Shown here piece after piece: positions 9,277 through 19,908 of a stretch of 64,000 nucleotides of DNA. The notes beneath the pieces are model-generated. The model saw only the letters and a program-made list of their open reading frames with translations. It was not told the DNA's origin and ran no database searches. Origin of the DNA: Candidatus Thorarchaeota archaeon (GTDB lineage Archaea > Asgardarchaeota > Thorarchaeia > Thorarchaeales > Thorarchaeaceae); NCBI GenBank assembly GCA_016839605.1, contig JAEOTX010000044.1:42171-106170 (forward strand). Direction: 5' to 3'. The position numbers and the translations under genes were made by a program. Position 1 is the first letter of the stretch. Every line of letters begins with the position of its first letter.

Positions 9277-10665
9277 ATGCTTGACCTCATGACCAATGCT
9301 ATCGAAGGTATCTCTGATAAGAAAGTAACATTCGCGGACATTCGTCAGGAGTCCAGAGTGGGCACTATGCTTGCTGTTGTCAATGGAGCGCTCAGACGTT
9401 TCAATCGTACAAATAGAGCTGGTACTGTTGCCAGAGTTCTAGTTGGTGAATGTTGGGGGCAGGCATCAACAACCAAAGAAGCAACGAAGGCACGTCTGGA
9501 GATGCTTCTTTCTGAAGCAACGAAGATGGCGAAGGCAAGCGCGAAATACTCGCGAAAGGATATTGACCTCTCTAACGTCAATTCCGAACAGAAATCTGTC
9601 TGGCTTTCTGTGAAGGAAGATCCACAGGATGTTTCTACGGAAGAGAAGATCGATTTTGTTATAGCACTTGACAAAGGCATGAAGATTGATGACCGAATTG
9701 TCAATACCAACACAAGCTACCAAGACGGGAAACTGCTCATTAGGCTAGTCAATTCAGAAGGAGCAAGACTTGAATGGGATGAGCTCCGAATTCGAGCCTT
9801 TGCAAATCCAGTAGCCAGAGAGGGCGATAGGATGCATTATGACTATGATGTAGTCGCTGGGCAAACTGGATACGAGCTGATCAGAGGAGTTGACATAAAT
9901 GAGTTCACCTCAAGAATCGCCCAAGGTGCTCTGGATTTATTATCAGCAGAGAAGCCGCCTTCGGGTAAGATGACCATCATAATGGATGGCGACACATCTG
10001 GAATTATCGCTCACGAGGTCTGTGGTCATGGTAGTGAAGCTGATGAGGTTGTTAAGGAGCGCTCCTTTCTAACTGGCATGGTTGAAAAGAGAGTCGGGTC
10101 AGATCTGGTGACAATGGTAGATGATGGAACTCTACCAGGCAAGTTGGGCTCCTTCCCATATGATTCTGAAGGAACTCCTGCCACTAAGACATTCATCATC
10201 GAAGATGGAATATTCAGAGGTTACATGCATACCCTAGAAACTGCTGCAGTCATGGGTGTAGATCCGACAGGCAATGGACGAGCTCAGGATTATAATCGTA
10301 GAATCTTCGCTCGAATGAGTAACACATTCTTTGGACCCGGCGAATGGTCTACAGAGGAGATGATCTCCGACACCAAGGATGGTCTTTACATCATAAAGCC
10401 AATGAGTGGGATGGAAGACGTAGTGGGTGGTGGAGTCCAAGTGAGTTGTCTGAAAGGCTATGTCATCAAGAATGGTGAGAAACAACAGCTTGTTAGAAGT
10501 AATGCATTGGCCGGCAAAGTGTTAGATATCTTGGCTACAGTCGATGCAGTCAGCAAGGATATGACCTTCTCTGGGGGTACTTGTGGCAAAGGTGAAGAGG
10601 ACTGGGTCTCTGTGACGAGTGGGGGGCCGCATATGCGCGCCGAACTCATCGTTGGAGGTGGGTAG
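9277..10665 (+). CDS. tldD: TldD family metalloprotease subunit
   Basis: HEVCGH (HExxGH), DSEG, TGNGRA, RMSNT, CGKG. Confidence 0.9.
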   Translation: MLDLMTNAIEGISDKKVTFADIRQESRVGTMLAVVNGALRRFNRTNRAGTVARVLVGECWGQASTTKEATKARLEMLLSEATKMAKASAKYSRKDIDLSNVNSEQKSVWLSVKEDPQDVSTEEKIDFVIALDKGMKIDDRIVNTNTSYQDGKLLIRLVNSEGARLEWDELRIRAFANPVAREGDRMHYDYDVVAGQTGYELIRGVDINEFTSRIAQGALDLLSAEKPPSGKMTIIMDGDTSGIIAHEVCGHGSEADEVVKERSFLTGMVEKRVGSDLVTMVDDGTLPGKLGSFPYDSEGTPATKTFIIEDGIFRGYMHTLETAAVMGVDPTGNGRAQDYNRRIFARMSNTFFGPGEWSTEEMISDTKDGLYIIKPMSGMEDVVGGGVQVSCLKGYVIKNGEKQQLVRSNALAGKVLDILATVDAVSKDMTFSGGTCGKGEEDWVSVTSGGPHMRAELIVGGG

Positions 10666-10666
10666 A

Positions 10667-12028
10667 ATGAACCTAAGTGAGATTGCCAGTAAGTTAGTAG
10701 CCAAGTCAGAGGGTGCCGGGGCCTCACAGGCCGAAGCTTATGCAGTTCTAGCTAAGACCTCCAGTATTTACATTGATGACAATATACCAAAGATTGCGGA
10801 TGTCAAGGAAGAAGTTGGCGTTGGACTCAAGTTCATCACAGGCAAGAAAATCGGTTTCACTAGCTCCACTCTTCTGTCAGAGTCTATTGAAGACGTAGTT
10901 GAACGTGCAATGTCAATGGCGAAGGTTTCTGCAGAGGACGCCAAGTTCGTTTCGCTGCCTGATCCTAAGAAACCTGCTGGCTCTTCCGACCGCTTTTATG
11001 ACCAAACTACTGGAGAGGCTGACAGTGATGTCTTACTTGAAAGGACTATGACACTCGTTTCCTCTGCAGTTAGCGACAACGTCAGTGTGCCAAATGGAGT
11101 TCTGAGAGCGAGTTCTACGGATTTCCAAATCACAAACTCTCTCGGAGCAGAAGCAGAATCCAAGTCTACCATGGTCTTTGGTTACTTCACAGCGAAAGCG
11201 GAAGAATCCAATTCTGTTGGTGAAGGTGTGCAGCGATGCTGGTCAAGGAATCTCAATGATGTGGATTTTGCATTTATCGGAGAGAAGCTCAAGCATCAGG
11301 CCCTGGATGTAGTTCAGGCGAAAGGATTCAAGGAGAACTGGAAAGATGCTATAGCAGTGCTCGCTCCCAGTGAGGGCAGTGAGATGCTTGGAAGCATGGT
11401 TGGATTTGCAGTATCAGCGGAGAACGTGAACAATCGTTCCAGTCCATGGACTGACAAAGTAGGTGATTCTGTAGCACATGAGAGTGTGACAATTGCTGAT
11501 AATGGCTTATCTGAGAAAGGTCTGTTGAGTGCAGTAGTAGATGATGAAGGAACACCAATGCAGACAACACCCATACTTGACAAAGGTGTATTGAAATCAT
11601 ATCTCTATGATAGCTATAATGCCTCGCAAGTCGATTTGGCATCCACTGGAAATGGTATTAGACGTGATTCTCGTGACGCGCAGGGCTCATTTTCAAGTCC
11701 AGTTCGATGCAGGTCTACTACACTTGAAATACCTGCCAGCACAAAGAGTATCGATGATATCATCGGCGAAGTGAAGCGTGGTGTCTACATTGAGCACTTT
11801 GCGTGGCCACAGGCCGATCCACTTGCTGGTACATTTTCCAATGAAATACGCAATGCACAGCTGATTGAGAATGGCGAGCTGACGACTAAGATCAAATATG
11901 CACTTCTGGTCGGCAATCTCTATGAGGCCATCCAACGTGAAGTAGTATTTGGCTTCGACTTGGAAGTTCATAACAATCGCGTGATGCCCACCATCGCAAT
12001 CTCGGGTACAGAGATTGTTGGTCAATAA
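10667..12028 (+). CDS. pmbA: PmbA/TldE family protein
   Basis: Starts 1 nt after tldD. Has DDEG and STGNG but no HExxH. Confidence 0.85.
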   Translation: MNLSEIASKLVAKSEGAGASQAEAYAVLAKTSSIYIDDNIPKIADVKEEVGVGLKFITGKKIGFTSSTLLSESIEDVVERAMSMAKVSAEDAKFVSLPDPKKPAGSSDRFYDQTTGEADSDVLLERTMTLVSSAVSDNVSVPNGVLRASSTDFQITNSLGAEAESKSTMVFGYFTAKAEESNSVGEGVQRCWSRNLNDVDFAFIGEKLKHQALDVVQAKGFKENWKDAIAVLAPSEGSEMLGSMVGFAVSAENVNNRSSPWTDKVGDSVAHESVTIADNGLSEKGLLSAVVDDEGTPMQTTPILDKGVLKSYLYDSYNASQVDLASTGNGIRRDSRDAQGSFSSPVRCRSTTLEIPASTKSIDDIIGEVKRGVYIEHFAWPQADPLAGTFSNEIRNAQLIENGELTTKIKYALLVGNLYEAIQREVVFGFDLEVHNNRVMPTIAISGTEIVGQ

Positions 12029-12147
12029 TGCAAACTCAACAAGACCTCAGCTTCGCCTATTCGCTAAGTGTAGTTCGACAGGTTGGAAACCCTAAAAAGG
12101 AGCCTACTTTAGAAGCGAATGTAGATTGCGTGAAGAGAGGATTTTTC

Positions 12148-13230
12148 ATGAGCAGATTCAAGGATACTTGGGATGAAGAGGTTGAGAAGATAAACTTGGC
12201 TCTTGATGAGTTCCTTTCCAAGAAGAGGGAAGCAGCCCTTCACATGGGCCCCATCCATGATCAGTACTATGCCAACATCAAGGAGTACATCATGCGGGGT
12301 GGAAAAAGACTTCGTCCATTGGCTGTAATAATGGCACATAAGGCAGTGAAACGTGATATTGAAGTTGAGTATCTTTACCGAGCCGCTTGTTCGCTTGAGA
12401 TTTTGCATAACGGTTCACTTCTTCACGATGATTTGATAGACCATGACGAAACAAGAAGAGGCGGTCCTACATTCCATGCCCGCTATCGCGACTGGTACAA
12501 GGACCAAATCGATTCCCGGCCTGAGAAGGCTGCAGATTTCGGAATGACACTTGCCATCCTTGGTGGCGATTCTCTCATCAACCTTGGTTCAGAAGCCATC
12601 AATGCGTCTGAGCTGAAGCCTGAGGTGAGCATGAATCTACTTGATCTCTATCAGAAAGGTTTCAGTGATCTAGTTGAGGGTGTGCTGCTAGAGATGACAA
12701 TGATAAACAATCCAGATGTCGATGAAGCTACATACATGGAAATGGTCTATCGAAAAACAGCAACTCTGTTTCAGAAGGCTCTAGAAATGGGTGCCATAGT
12801 AGCTGGAGCAGGCGAAGCTCAACTTGACGCGTTCAGAGAGTTTGGGAGTAAGGTAGGACAAGCTTTCCAAATGCAGGACGATATTCTGGGCTCATTCGGA
12901 GATGAAGCTGTAACTGGTAAGTCAGCATCTGGCGACATTAGAGAAGCGAAGAAGACCATGCTGCTCATACAGGCACTTCGAAGGTCTAATCCAGAGCAAA
13001 AGAAGACTCTAGAAACTCTTCTTGGAAAAGATGATATGACTGAAGATGAAGTAGACAAGGTTCGAACAGTCTTTCGCGATTCTGGAGCTCTAGAAGCCAC
13101 CGAAGCGATCAGAGACAAACTCCTGCAGGAGGCTCAATCTGCTTTGAAGAACACAGAGCCACCACTTGACCCAGAATACCTCGAGTTCTTGATCTCACTC
13201 TCAGAATTTCTCACAACAAGAGCGTTCTAG
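12148..13230 (+). CDS. Polyprenyl (geranylgeranyl) diphosphate synthase
   Basis: GGKRLRP, LHDDLIDHDETRRG, KTA, FQMQDD, GK..SGDIRE. ATG at 12148 with GAGG upstream. Confidence 0.9.
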   Translation: MSRFKDTWDEEVEKINLALDEFLSKKREAALHMGPIHDQYYANIKEYIMRGGKRLRPLAVIMAHKAVKRDIEVEYLYRAACSLEILHNGSLLHDDLIDHDETRRGGPTFHARYRDWYKDQIDSRPEKAADFGMTLAILGGDSLINLGSEAINASELKPEVSMNLLDLYQKGFSDLVEGVLLEMTMINNPDVDEATYMEMVYRKTATLFQKALEMGAIVAGAGEAQLDAFREFGSKVGQAFQMQDDILGSFGDEAVTGKSASGDIREAKKTMLLIQALRRSNPEQKKTLETLLGKDDMTEDEVDKVRTVFRDSGALEATEAIRDKLLQEAQSALKNTEPPLDPEYLEFLISLSEFLTTRAF

Positions 13231-13234
13231 GGAT

Positions 13235-13915
13235 TTATTCATGACTAATCAGACGCAAACTCAGGAGGAGTACATCTTCTCCCTTGGATGCTAGGATATG
13301 CCCCATGGGTTTCCTCATGCCTGGTATATTCTTTCTGATATATCTCAGGAATTCATCTGGCGATTCCAGCAATGCGCGTCGCATTCCTTCTATATGTTGC
13401 ATGAGAATCTCCTTTACCGCATTATCAGACATTTCGCCCCGAATCACCTTGTCTCTCAATGTACTTAGGATGTCTTCTGCAATGATCCTGGATTCGGTCA
13501 CAATCCTTCCATGAGGAGTTTTCTTCTTCCTCCTCTGTTTGTGACGGGCTCTCTTTGCCGCCTCAAGGAGTTCTCGAATCTCGTCCTCGTCCTGGAGCTC
13601 CTCCTCCATGTCTGACTCGATCACAAGTTTCCTCCAAGCTTTCTTTCTCTGAAACTCAAGAGGTGATACGAAGCCTTTTGCGTGCATCTCTTTCAAGTGC
13701 TTCTTAAACTCCTCTTCAAGCATGACTGAACTTGGACCAGACATGTGCAGATATTTCTGAAAGAGTACAGCTTCAAACTCGATTATTGACCATCCAAAAG
13801 CCCTGACTATATTGACCTCTACAGCTCTCTCATAGTCATTGGGTTCAAGTCTTCCATACATCCCTATCCGATGCTCCCTCAACTTATATGGTTTCAGATA
13901 GTCCGTCTGAAGCAA
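13235..13915 (-). CDS. Hypothetical protein (possible winged-helix N-terminus; acidic then polybasic linker)
   Basis: 226-aa ORF that fills the gap between converging neighbours. Confidence 0.65.
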   Translation of the reverse strand: MLQTDYLKPYKLREHRIGMYGRLEPNDYERAVEVNIVRAFGWSIIEFEAVLFQKYLHMSGPSSVMLEEEFKKHLKEMHAKGFVSPLEFQRKKAWRKLVIESDMEEELQDEDEIRELLEAAKRARHKQRRKKKTPHGRIVTESRIIAEDILSTLRDKVIRGEMSDNAVKEILMQHIEGMRRALLESPDEFLRYIRKNIPGMRKPMGHILASKGEDVLLLSLRLISHE

Positions 13916-14042
13916 TATGAAGGTATGCGCGAATCAAAAATCGACAGGTATGACTGCTTGGAATGTGGCTGTTCTTAAAATTGAGAGTAAAAAAAGAAAG
14001 GGGCGTAGTCTGGATGACTTCCAGACTACAGCTGTATTTGGG

Positions 14043-16007
14043 TTATCTTCTTCTCATCACTATGACAATGAGCACTATCACCACTATTGCTCCAACACCG
14101 ACTGCTAGAAGCAGCATTGGATCGATCGGCGGTGGCGGTGGTGGTTCAGTTGTCGTAGTAGTTGTAGTAGTTGTGGTCGTTGTAGTCGTGGTGGTAATGT
14201 CTGGAGTGTTTATTGCGGTATCAATGCCCCACTCAATCGTTTGGAGGACCAAGTTATATCCATCCAAATCAGTTCGGCCTGATTGAGTGTCTTGGTACAT
14301 TGGAGCATGTGAGCCGTAAGGTGGTCCACCTGATACTGCAATGACACCAGTTTCTGTAATTCCAGCATTCACCTCAACAGCCATTGCTACGAATTGGCCA
14401 AATGTCCCATCTGTGTGAGCATATGGCGCAACCAAGTCCTGATCTCCAATTGTCCCGTTGAAGAAGTACAGCACTGGATAGACGTCTTCAATTGAACCAG
14501 TTTCAAGGTCAACTACATCCGCTCCCTCAGTAGCTGATGTGCTGCCATAGATTAGAGTTGGACTGTGGACGAGCACATTGCTGACATCCTGAACTAGGTC
14601 TGCCACGAACGCATCGTCACTGGTGATGTTTGCTACGGGACGGTAGTTTGATCCCGCATAGGAATCGTCGTCTGAAATCGTTGTGGGCTCTGGATAGATG
14701 TGTGAGCCAACATCACTCAGAATCGTAGTAACGTTACTTGTCTTCCATGCACCTCCACCGTAGTCCGAGTCAGCTCCTACCCATAGGAACTTGTGACCCA
14801 TTTCATACCAAGCTTCAATAGCATCATACTCAGCCTGAACAAAAGGTGTTACTCCTGATGAAGCCTCATGATTGATTGCACCAACCAGAAGCGCATCGGC
14901 ACCAGCAAGAACTGATGAGTTTATGCCTCCGAATGCGAACACGACCTCATATCCCATGAGAGTCAGATTTCGCTCCATCCATGTGTCAAAGCTGTCGAAG
15001 ATGTAGTCCTCATATTGACCATGACTCATGTCAAAGACAACCTTGCCCTTGTAGTCAGTCATCCGAATACCCCACTCAATAGTTTGGAGGACCAAGTTAT
15101 ATCCATCCAAATCAGTTCGGCCTGATTGAGTGTCTTGGTACATTGGAGCATGTGAGCCGTAAGGTGGTCCACCTGATACTGCAAGGACTCCGGTTCCTGC
15201 ACTTCCAGCATTCACCTCAACAGCCATTGCTACGAATTGGCCAAATGTCCCATCTGTGTGGGCATATGGCAAGGTCAAGTCCTGATCTCCAATAGTCCCA
15301 TTGAAGAAGTACAGTACTGGGTAGACATTATCAACTGATCCAGTCTCAAGAGCGACCGCATCCTGTCCCTCAGTAGCTGATGTGCTGCCATAGATCAGAG
15401 TTGGACTGTGGACGAGCACATTGCTGACATCCTGAACTAACTCTGCCACGAACGCATCGTCACTGGTGATGTTTGCTACGGGACGGTAGTTTGATCCCGC
15501 ATAGGAATCGTCGTCTGAAATCGTTGTGGGCTCTGGATAGATGTGTGAGCCAACATCACTCAGAATCTGAGTCACATTGCTTGTCTTCCATGCACCTCCA
15601 CCGTAGTCCGAGTCAGCTCCTACCCATAGGAACTTGTGACCAGTTGCATACCAATCTGAAATCGCATCATACTCAGCCTGAACAAAAGGTGTTACTCCTG
15701 ATGAAGCCTCATGATTGATTGCACCAACCAGAAGCGCATCGGCATTAGCTAATATTGATGCGTTTATACCTCCCCAGGCAAAAACTACATCATAACCCAT
15801 GAGTGTGAGGTTTCCCTCCATCCATGTGTCAAAACTATCGAATATGTAGTCCTCATACTGACCGTGGCTCATATCAAAGACTATAGTGCGCGATGGTAGA
15901 GCAGCACTCGCCTCCATAGGGCCAAAGCCAAGGATGACGACGCCAGGAACAACAACAAGTCCAACTATCATCATCAAGAGGATACTACTCGAGTATTTCT
16001 TTTTCAT
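14043..16007 (-). CDS. Cell-surface glycoprotein with two tandem ~281-aa domains (GIFT/GldG-like), Thr/Pro linker and C-terminal TM anchor
   Basis: N-terminal signal/TM segment, FDMSHGQY twice, many NxS/T sequons, poly-T and poly-P, hydrophobic helix followed by RRR. Confidence 0.8.
   Translation of the reverse strand: MKKKYSSSILLMMIVGLVVVPGVVILGFGPMEASAALPSRTIVFDMSHGQYEDYIFDSFDTWMEGNLTLMGYDVVFAWGGINASILANADALLVGAINHEASSGVTPFVQAEYDAISDWYATGHKFLWVGADSDYGGGAWKTSNVTQILSDVGSHIYPEPTTISDDDSYAGSNYRPVANITSDDAFVAELVQDVSNVLVHSPTLIYGSTSATEGQDAVALETGSVDNVYPVLYFFNGTIGDQDLTLPYAHTDGTFGQFVAMAVEVNAGSAGTGVLAVSGGPPYGSHAPMYQDTQSGRTDLDGYNLVLQTIEWGIRMTDYKGKVVFDMSHGQYEDYIFDSFDTWMERNLTLMGYEVVFAFGGINSSVLAGADALLVGAINHEASSGVTPFVQAEYDAIEAWYEMGHKFLWVGADSDYGGGAWKTSNVTTILSDVGSHIYPEPTTISDDDSYAGSNYRPVANITSDDAFVADLVQDVSNVLVHSPTLIYGSTSATEGADVVDLETGSIEDVYPVLYFFNGTIGDQDLVAPYAHTDGTFGQFVAMAVEVNAGITETGVIAVSGGPPYGSHAPMYQDTQSGRTDLDGYNLVLQTIEWGIDTAINTPDITTTTTTTTTTTTTTTTEPPPPPPIDPMLLLAVGVGAIVVIVLIVIVMRRR
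14227..15881. repeat. Intragenic direct duplication, copies 14227-15038 and 15070-15881 (period 843 bp)
   Basis: Long identical blocks, for example 14241-14341 equals 15084-15184. Confidence 0.95.
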
Positions 16008-16266
16008 TATGTATTAATCCTCCTTCGTTTCCTAATCTTTTTTGCAGAACGAAGATACATGTTTACCGAGTGAGTACTATTTAGACTTTTAGGCCTGTTT
16101 CAAACGCGCATAACATCATGATTTGCCAGGTGCAAAACAACATTGGAGCTTTAGCTCACTTGTTCTTAAATTGATGAGAACAGATTTATAGCCATGAGTG
16201 AAGACATATGAACCTGACAAGACCTGAATGACTGCTAGGTCACTTAAAAGGAGAGAGGAATAATAA

Positions 16267-17754
16267 ATGAGCGAGTTCGAAGCCGCAGGTGGTTCGAGAA
16301 ATGCTATCTTGGCGGTAGTTGTAATAGTCATCATCGGGGTGGCAGGTGTCACATGGGTGTTTCTTGGTGGACTTCCACCCGTTACAACAACAACGACGAC
16401 GACAACAACAACCACCACCACTACTACTACCACTACTACTAGCCCCGTAGGGCCAAAGACGCTTGTTGTTTTAACAAGACATGACGTCGCAATTCACAAT
16501 GTATTTGAACCTGCGTTCTTGGCATCTGATTTTGCTATAGCGAACGATATTGTTGAAATTACTTGGAAGACGCCAGACTTTCAATTCTGGGATGATGTGA
16601 TAGACACAAATGGGGCTGATGTATGCTGGGGAGGCGGTCCGACATCGTTTGATCAGTTAGCGCAAGACGGTCGTCTATCTCCCTTGACCAGCACACTGAT
16701 GGTAGATGCGGCTGCCAGAGTCAATGATACCATTGCAGGGGCTAATATGAAGCGACTTAACGCTCAATCGCAGCTTGTGTGGATTGCTGCAGCCATCTCA
16801 TCATTTGGATTCACTGTCAACCACGACTTCCTCACAACGCATTCACTGCCAGTTCCCAACAACTGGACAGACCTTGCACAACCAATCTATGGAAGCTTGC
16901 TGCCAACAACTCCTACTATTGCTATGGGTCATGCACCGGGCACGACTTCCAATACCCGTATCTATGAAATCATTACTCAGGGTCTCGGGTGGGATGCGGG
17001 CTGGGCTACCATGGCAAGGATGGCTGGGAGCTCAAATATCTATGGTGGTTCAGTAGACACTCAACAGGCGGCTGAAACTGGAGAAGTCGGGATTTCTATG
17101 TCAATCGATTTCTATGGTTATCAGACACAAGAGAACAATCCTGACTGTGAATACATTATACCTCAGGATCAGACAATTGTGAACGGGGATCCAATTGCCA
17201 TTGCCTCGACAAGCTCTCAGAAGCAATTGGCAGAGGGTTTCATTGACTTTGTGCTCACCCCATATGGCCAATCACTTTGGCTAGATGACAACATTCTACG
17301 GATGCCTGTCATGAGGGAGGCTTTTGATGAGCCAGGAGCTGCTGGAAAGGATAGATTGTACTCTGTGTTCAATCAGACCACCAAGACATTAGGGATTGAT
17401 TTCAATGACACACTTTCCTTAGAGATCAATGCTGCTTTCGTTCAATACTGGGGATCAGTCTTCACCGATGCACAATCTGAGCTAGTAAACTGCTGGACAA
17501 CGATTCTAAATGCATATGACAATGGCTGGATAGATGCCAGCGAGTTGGAAACGTATGCCGCTGAGATGGGAGCTCCAATTACCATTCAGGATCCAGATAC
17601 CTTGGTGCTTGAAGAGTTCACAATCGACTATGCTAGACGGATAAACCATGACATGATCTACGACGCATCATACAAGGCTGACGTAAAAGCTGCCTGGACA
17701 AACCAAGCCAAGTCACACTACAACACAGTTGCTGCTTCAGTACCAACATCCTGA
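16267..17754 (+). CDS. ABC transporter substrate-binding protein (Fe3+/thiamine-type), N-terminal TM plus poly-Thr linker
   Basis: LTRHD, DVCWGGG, TSNTRIYEI, IDFYG, DPIAI, FIDFVL. Confidence 0.85.
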   Translation: MSEFEAAGGSRNAILAVVVIVIIGVAGVTWVFLGGLPPVTTTTTTTTTTTTTTTTTTTSPVGPKTLVVLTRHDVAIHNVFEPAFLASDFAIANDIVEITWKTPDFQFWDDVIDTNGADVCWGGGPTSFDQLAQDGRLSPLTSTLMVDAAARVNDTIAGANMKRLNAQSQLVWIAAAISSFGFTVNHDFLTTHSLPVPNNWTDLAQPIYGSLLPTTPTIAMGHAPGTTSNTRIYEIITQGLGWDAGWATMARMAGSSNIYGGSVDTQQAAETGEVGISMSIDFYGYQTQENNPDCEYIIPQDQTIVNGDPIAIASTSSQKQLAEGFIDFVLTPYGQSLWLDDNILRMPVMREAFDEPGAAGKDRLYSVFNQTTKTLGIDFNDTLSLEINAAFVQYWGSVFTDAQSELVNCWTTILNAYDNGWIDASELETYAAEMGAPITIQDPDTLVLEEFTIDYARRINHDMIYDASYKADVKAAWTNQAKSHYNTVAASVPTS

Positions 17755-17770
17755 CAGGCGGCAGTTGAAA

Positions 17771-19897
17771 ATGACGGCGAGTGAGGAGGATCCAGTAGAG
17801 GTCCAAGAACCCTCAGCCATAGATTCCGAGATGGTCCCGGACAGCATCCGGGACTCTCTCACATCTAGTATCAGAAGTGCACCAAGACGGTTTTCATCTT
17901 GGACTTCAGGGAAAGTACGCTCATCAGGTTCTTGGGTAAAGGGAGGTATAACCCGATTTATTGGATTCTTTAGAAATCCAGTTGCAAACTCACGGCAGGC
18001 AGCGTCGCAGATCCGTACTAGATCAAAATCAGGATGGCGCCAGCTGCGGAGAGAGATGGACTCGCTAACATGGGTTCAGTTAATTGGAGTTATTGCAGTA
18101 TTTGCTTTATTCCTCATCATTCCTCTTCTAAGCGTTGTTTGGACTTCATTCACTGATTCCGATACAGGAGTCTTTACTCTACAGCACTTCATTCGCCTTT
18201 TCAACGACTCGAATATTTGGCCGTGGGTCTATAATCCAGTTACAGGAAACACTGACTTCTTCGCCAATCTGACACCAGCAATTTATGATCCTGATTTGAA
18301 TCTCCTAGTGATATACGGTTGGGATTTAGGAGGTGTGCTAAACTCAATCTATGTCGCAATTTTAGTGACAATATTCTCTGTCATTCTAGGGGTCTTCTTT
18401 GCCTTCATCGTGGCTCGATATGATTTCTTTGGCAAGAAGGTAATCCGCACACTTCTCATATTTCCAATCTTAGCCACTCCCTTCGTAGGAGCAATTGGCA
18501 TCAAGGAGTTCCTTGGTGCGGATGGCTTCATCAATAAGCTCTTCGAACCAATTAGAGACATACTGAACATGGTACTACTTCCTCTCGGGGCACCAATCCC
18601 TGCAATATGGCTTCGTGGTCTTGCTGCTATTATCTTCGTTCAGTCTCTCTCGTTCTTCTCACTCGTATACCTCAACGCCTATTCTTCGTTCATGAGCATT
18701 GATCCATCACTCGAAGAGCAAGCTGAGAATCTCGGAGCACAAGGACTTGGACTATTTCGTTCTGTGACATTCCCCTTGGCGATGCCTGGGGTTCAGGCTG
18801 GAGCCATTTTGACTTTCATTCTAAGCATAGAGGACCTTGGAACACCAATTGTGTTCCAAGATCATGTATCAGCTAGAAATACACTAGCATTTCAGGTCTT
18901 CAACAACGTAGCAACTCAGGCTGGAGGTTTGGATCCAAAAGGACCCACAATAGGTATCCTCCTCCTTGTGTTTGCCTTAGTTGGATTCATGGCAATTCGC
19001 AAATATACAGCCTTAAGGTCCTACGATTCCGGAACCAAAGGTGGACAATGGAATCCAAGGACTCGCAGGATTAGCAGGAAAGCAACTACACTCCTATACT
19101 GCCTCTTGGTTCCACTCCTATTCTTGGCTCTCATACCTCAAGTCAGTGTAATTGTCCTCTCTTTCGCAGGCACGTGGTCGACGGATAGTCTGTTACCAGA
19201 TGTATGGACTTTAGATAACTACCAGGTTTTATGGGCATATCCCGATGTGACCCAATCAATATATCTCACACTGATATACGGAGCCATTGCTACTGTTGTT
19301 ATTGTGCTATTGGGAGCTAGCGCTGCGTATCTGATTGCCCGGAGAGACATTCCTGGAAAGACAGCGCTTGATCTACTCGTGACTTCCCCGATCGCGCTTC
19401 CAGGCATCGTAATCGCGACAGGCTACTTTACGCTCTTTTACAATACTCCGATATTCCCAGTTGGGGGTCCTGCGTTTCTCATAATTATGTCATATACCGT
19501 TCGGAAATTCCCATTCACTGTCAGAGCGGCGTATGCGGGACTGATGTCAACGCCCGTTGTTCTAGAGGAAGCGTCTCAGAATCTGGGTGCTAGCAGGAAC
19601 CGGACTTTCTTCAAGATTACCATGCCGCTGATTGGAGTAAGCGTCCTTGCAGGCTCCTTGCTTTCCTACGTATATTCTGTGAGTGAAGTAAGCACAAGTC
19701 TCATTCTGGGCAGTGTAGGACGAGAGCAAGCACCGATGACGTTCTGGACGGCTGAAATACTCGATATGACAGGGCAGTATGGTGGGGCTAACAATGCGGC
19801 ATGCCTTGGAGTTTTAATGATGGCCCTGCAAATGGCAGTCATAACAGTCACTACAAAAATACTAGGAGCCAGATCTTCTGCTATCACGGGCATTTGA
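17771..19897 (+). CDS. ABC transporter permease (FbpB/ThiP-like, duplicated domain)
   Basis: Two EAA loops (LEEQAENLGA, LEEASQNLGA) and multiple TM helices. Confidence 0.9.
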   Translation: MTASEEDPVEVQEPSAIDSEMVPDSIRDSLTSSIRSAPRRFSSWTSGKVRSSGSWVKGGITRFIGFFRNPVANSRQAASQIRTRSKSGWRQLRREMDSLTWVQLIGVIAVFALFLIIPLLSVVWTSFTDSDTGVFTLQHFIRLFNDSNIWPWVYNPVTGNTDFFANLTPAIYDPDLNLLVIYGWDLGGVLNSIYVAILVTIFSVILGVFFAFIVARYDFFGKKVIRTLLIFPILATPFVGAIGIKEFLGADGFINKLFEPIRDILNMVLLPLGAPIPAIWLRGLAAIIFVQSLSFFSLVYLNAYSSFMSIDPSLEEQAENLGAQGLGLFRSVTFPLAMPGVQAGAILTFILSIEDLGTPIVFQDHVSARNTLAFQVFNNVATQAGGLDPKGPTIGILLLVFALVGFMAIRKYTALRSYDSGTKGGQWNPRTRRISRKATTLLYCLLVPLLFLALIPQVSVIVLSFAGTWSTDSLLPDVWTLDNYQVLWAYPDVTQSIYLTLIYGAIATVVIVLLGASAAYLIARRDIPGKTALDLLVTSPIALPGIVIATGYFTLFYNTPIFPVGGPAFLIIMSYTVRKFPFTVRAAYAGLMSTPVVLEEASQNLGASRNRTFFKITMPLIGVSVLAGSLLSYVYSVSEVSTSLILGSVGREQAPMTFWTAEILDMTGQYGGANNAACLGVLMMALQMAVITVTTKILGARSSAITGI

Positions 19898-19908
19898 GGT
19901 GATATGAA

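Noticed and set aside
14130-16440. ACN/GTN trinucleotide runs at ~14130-14196 and ~16384-16440 as CRISPR or VNTR
   Set aside because: They encode poly-Thr/Pro stalks with mixed codons, and there is no repeat-spacer pattern.
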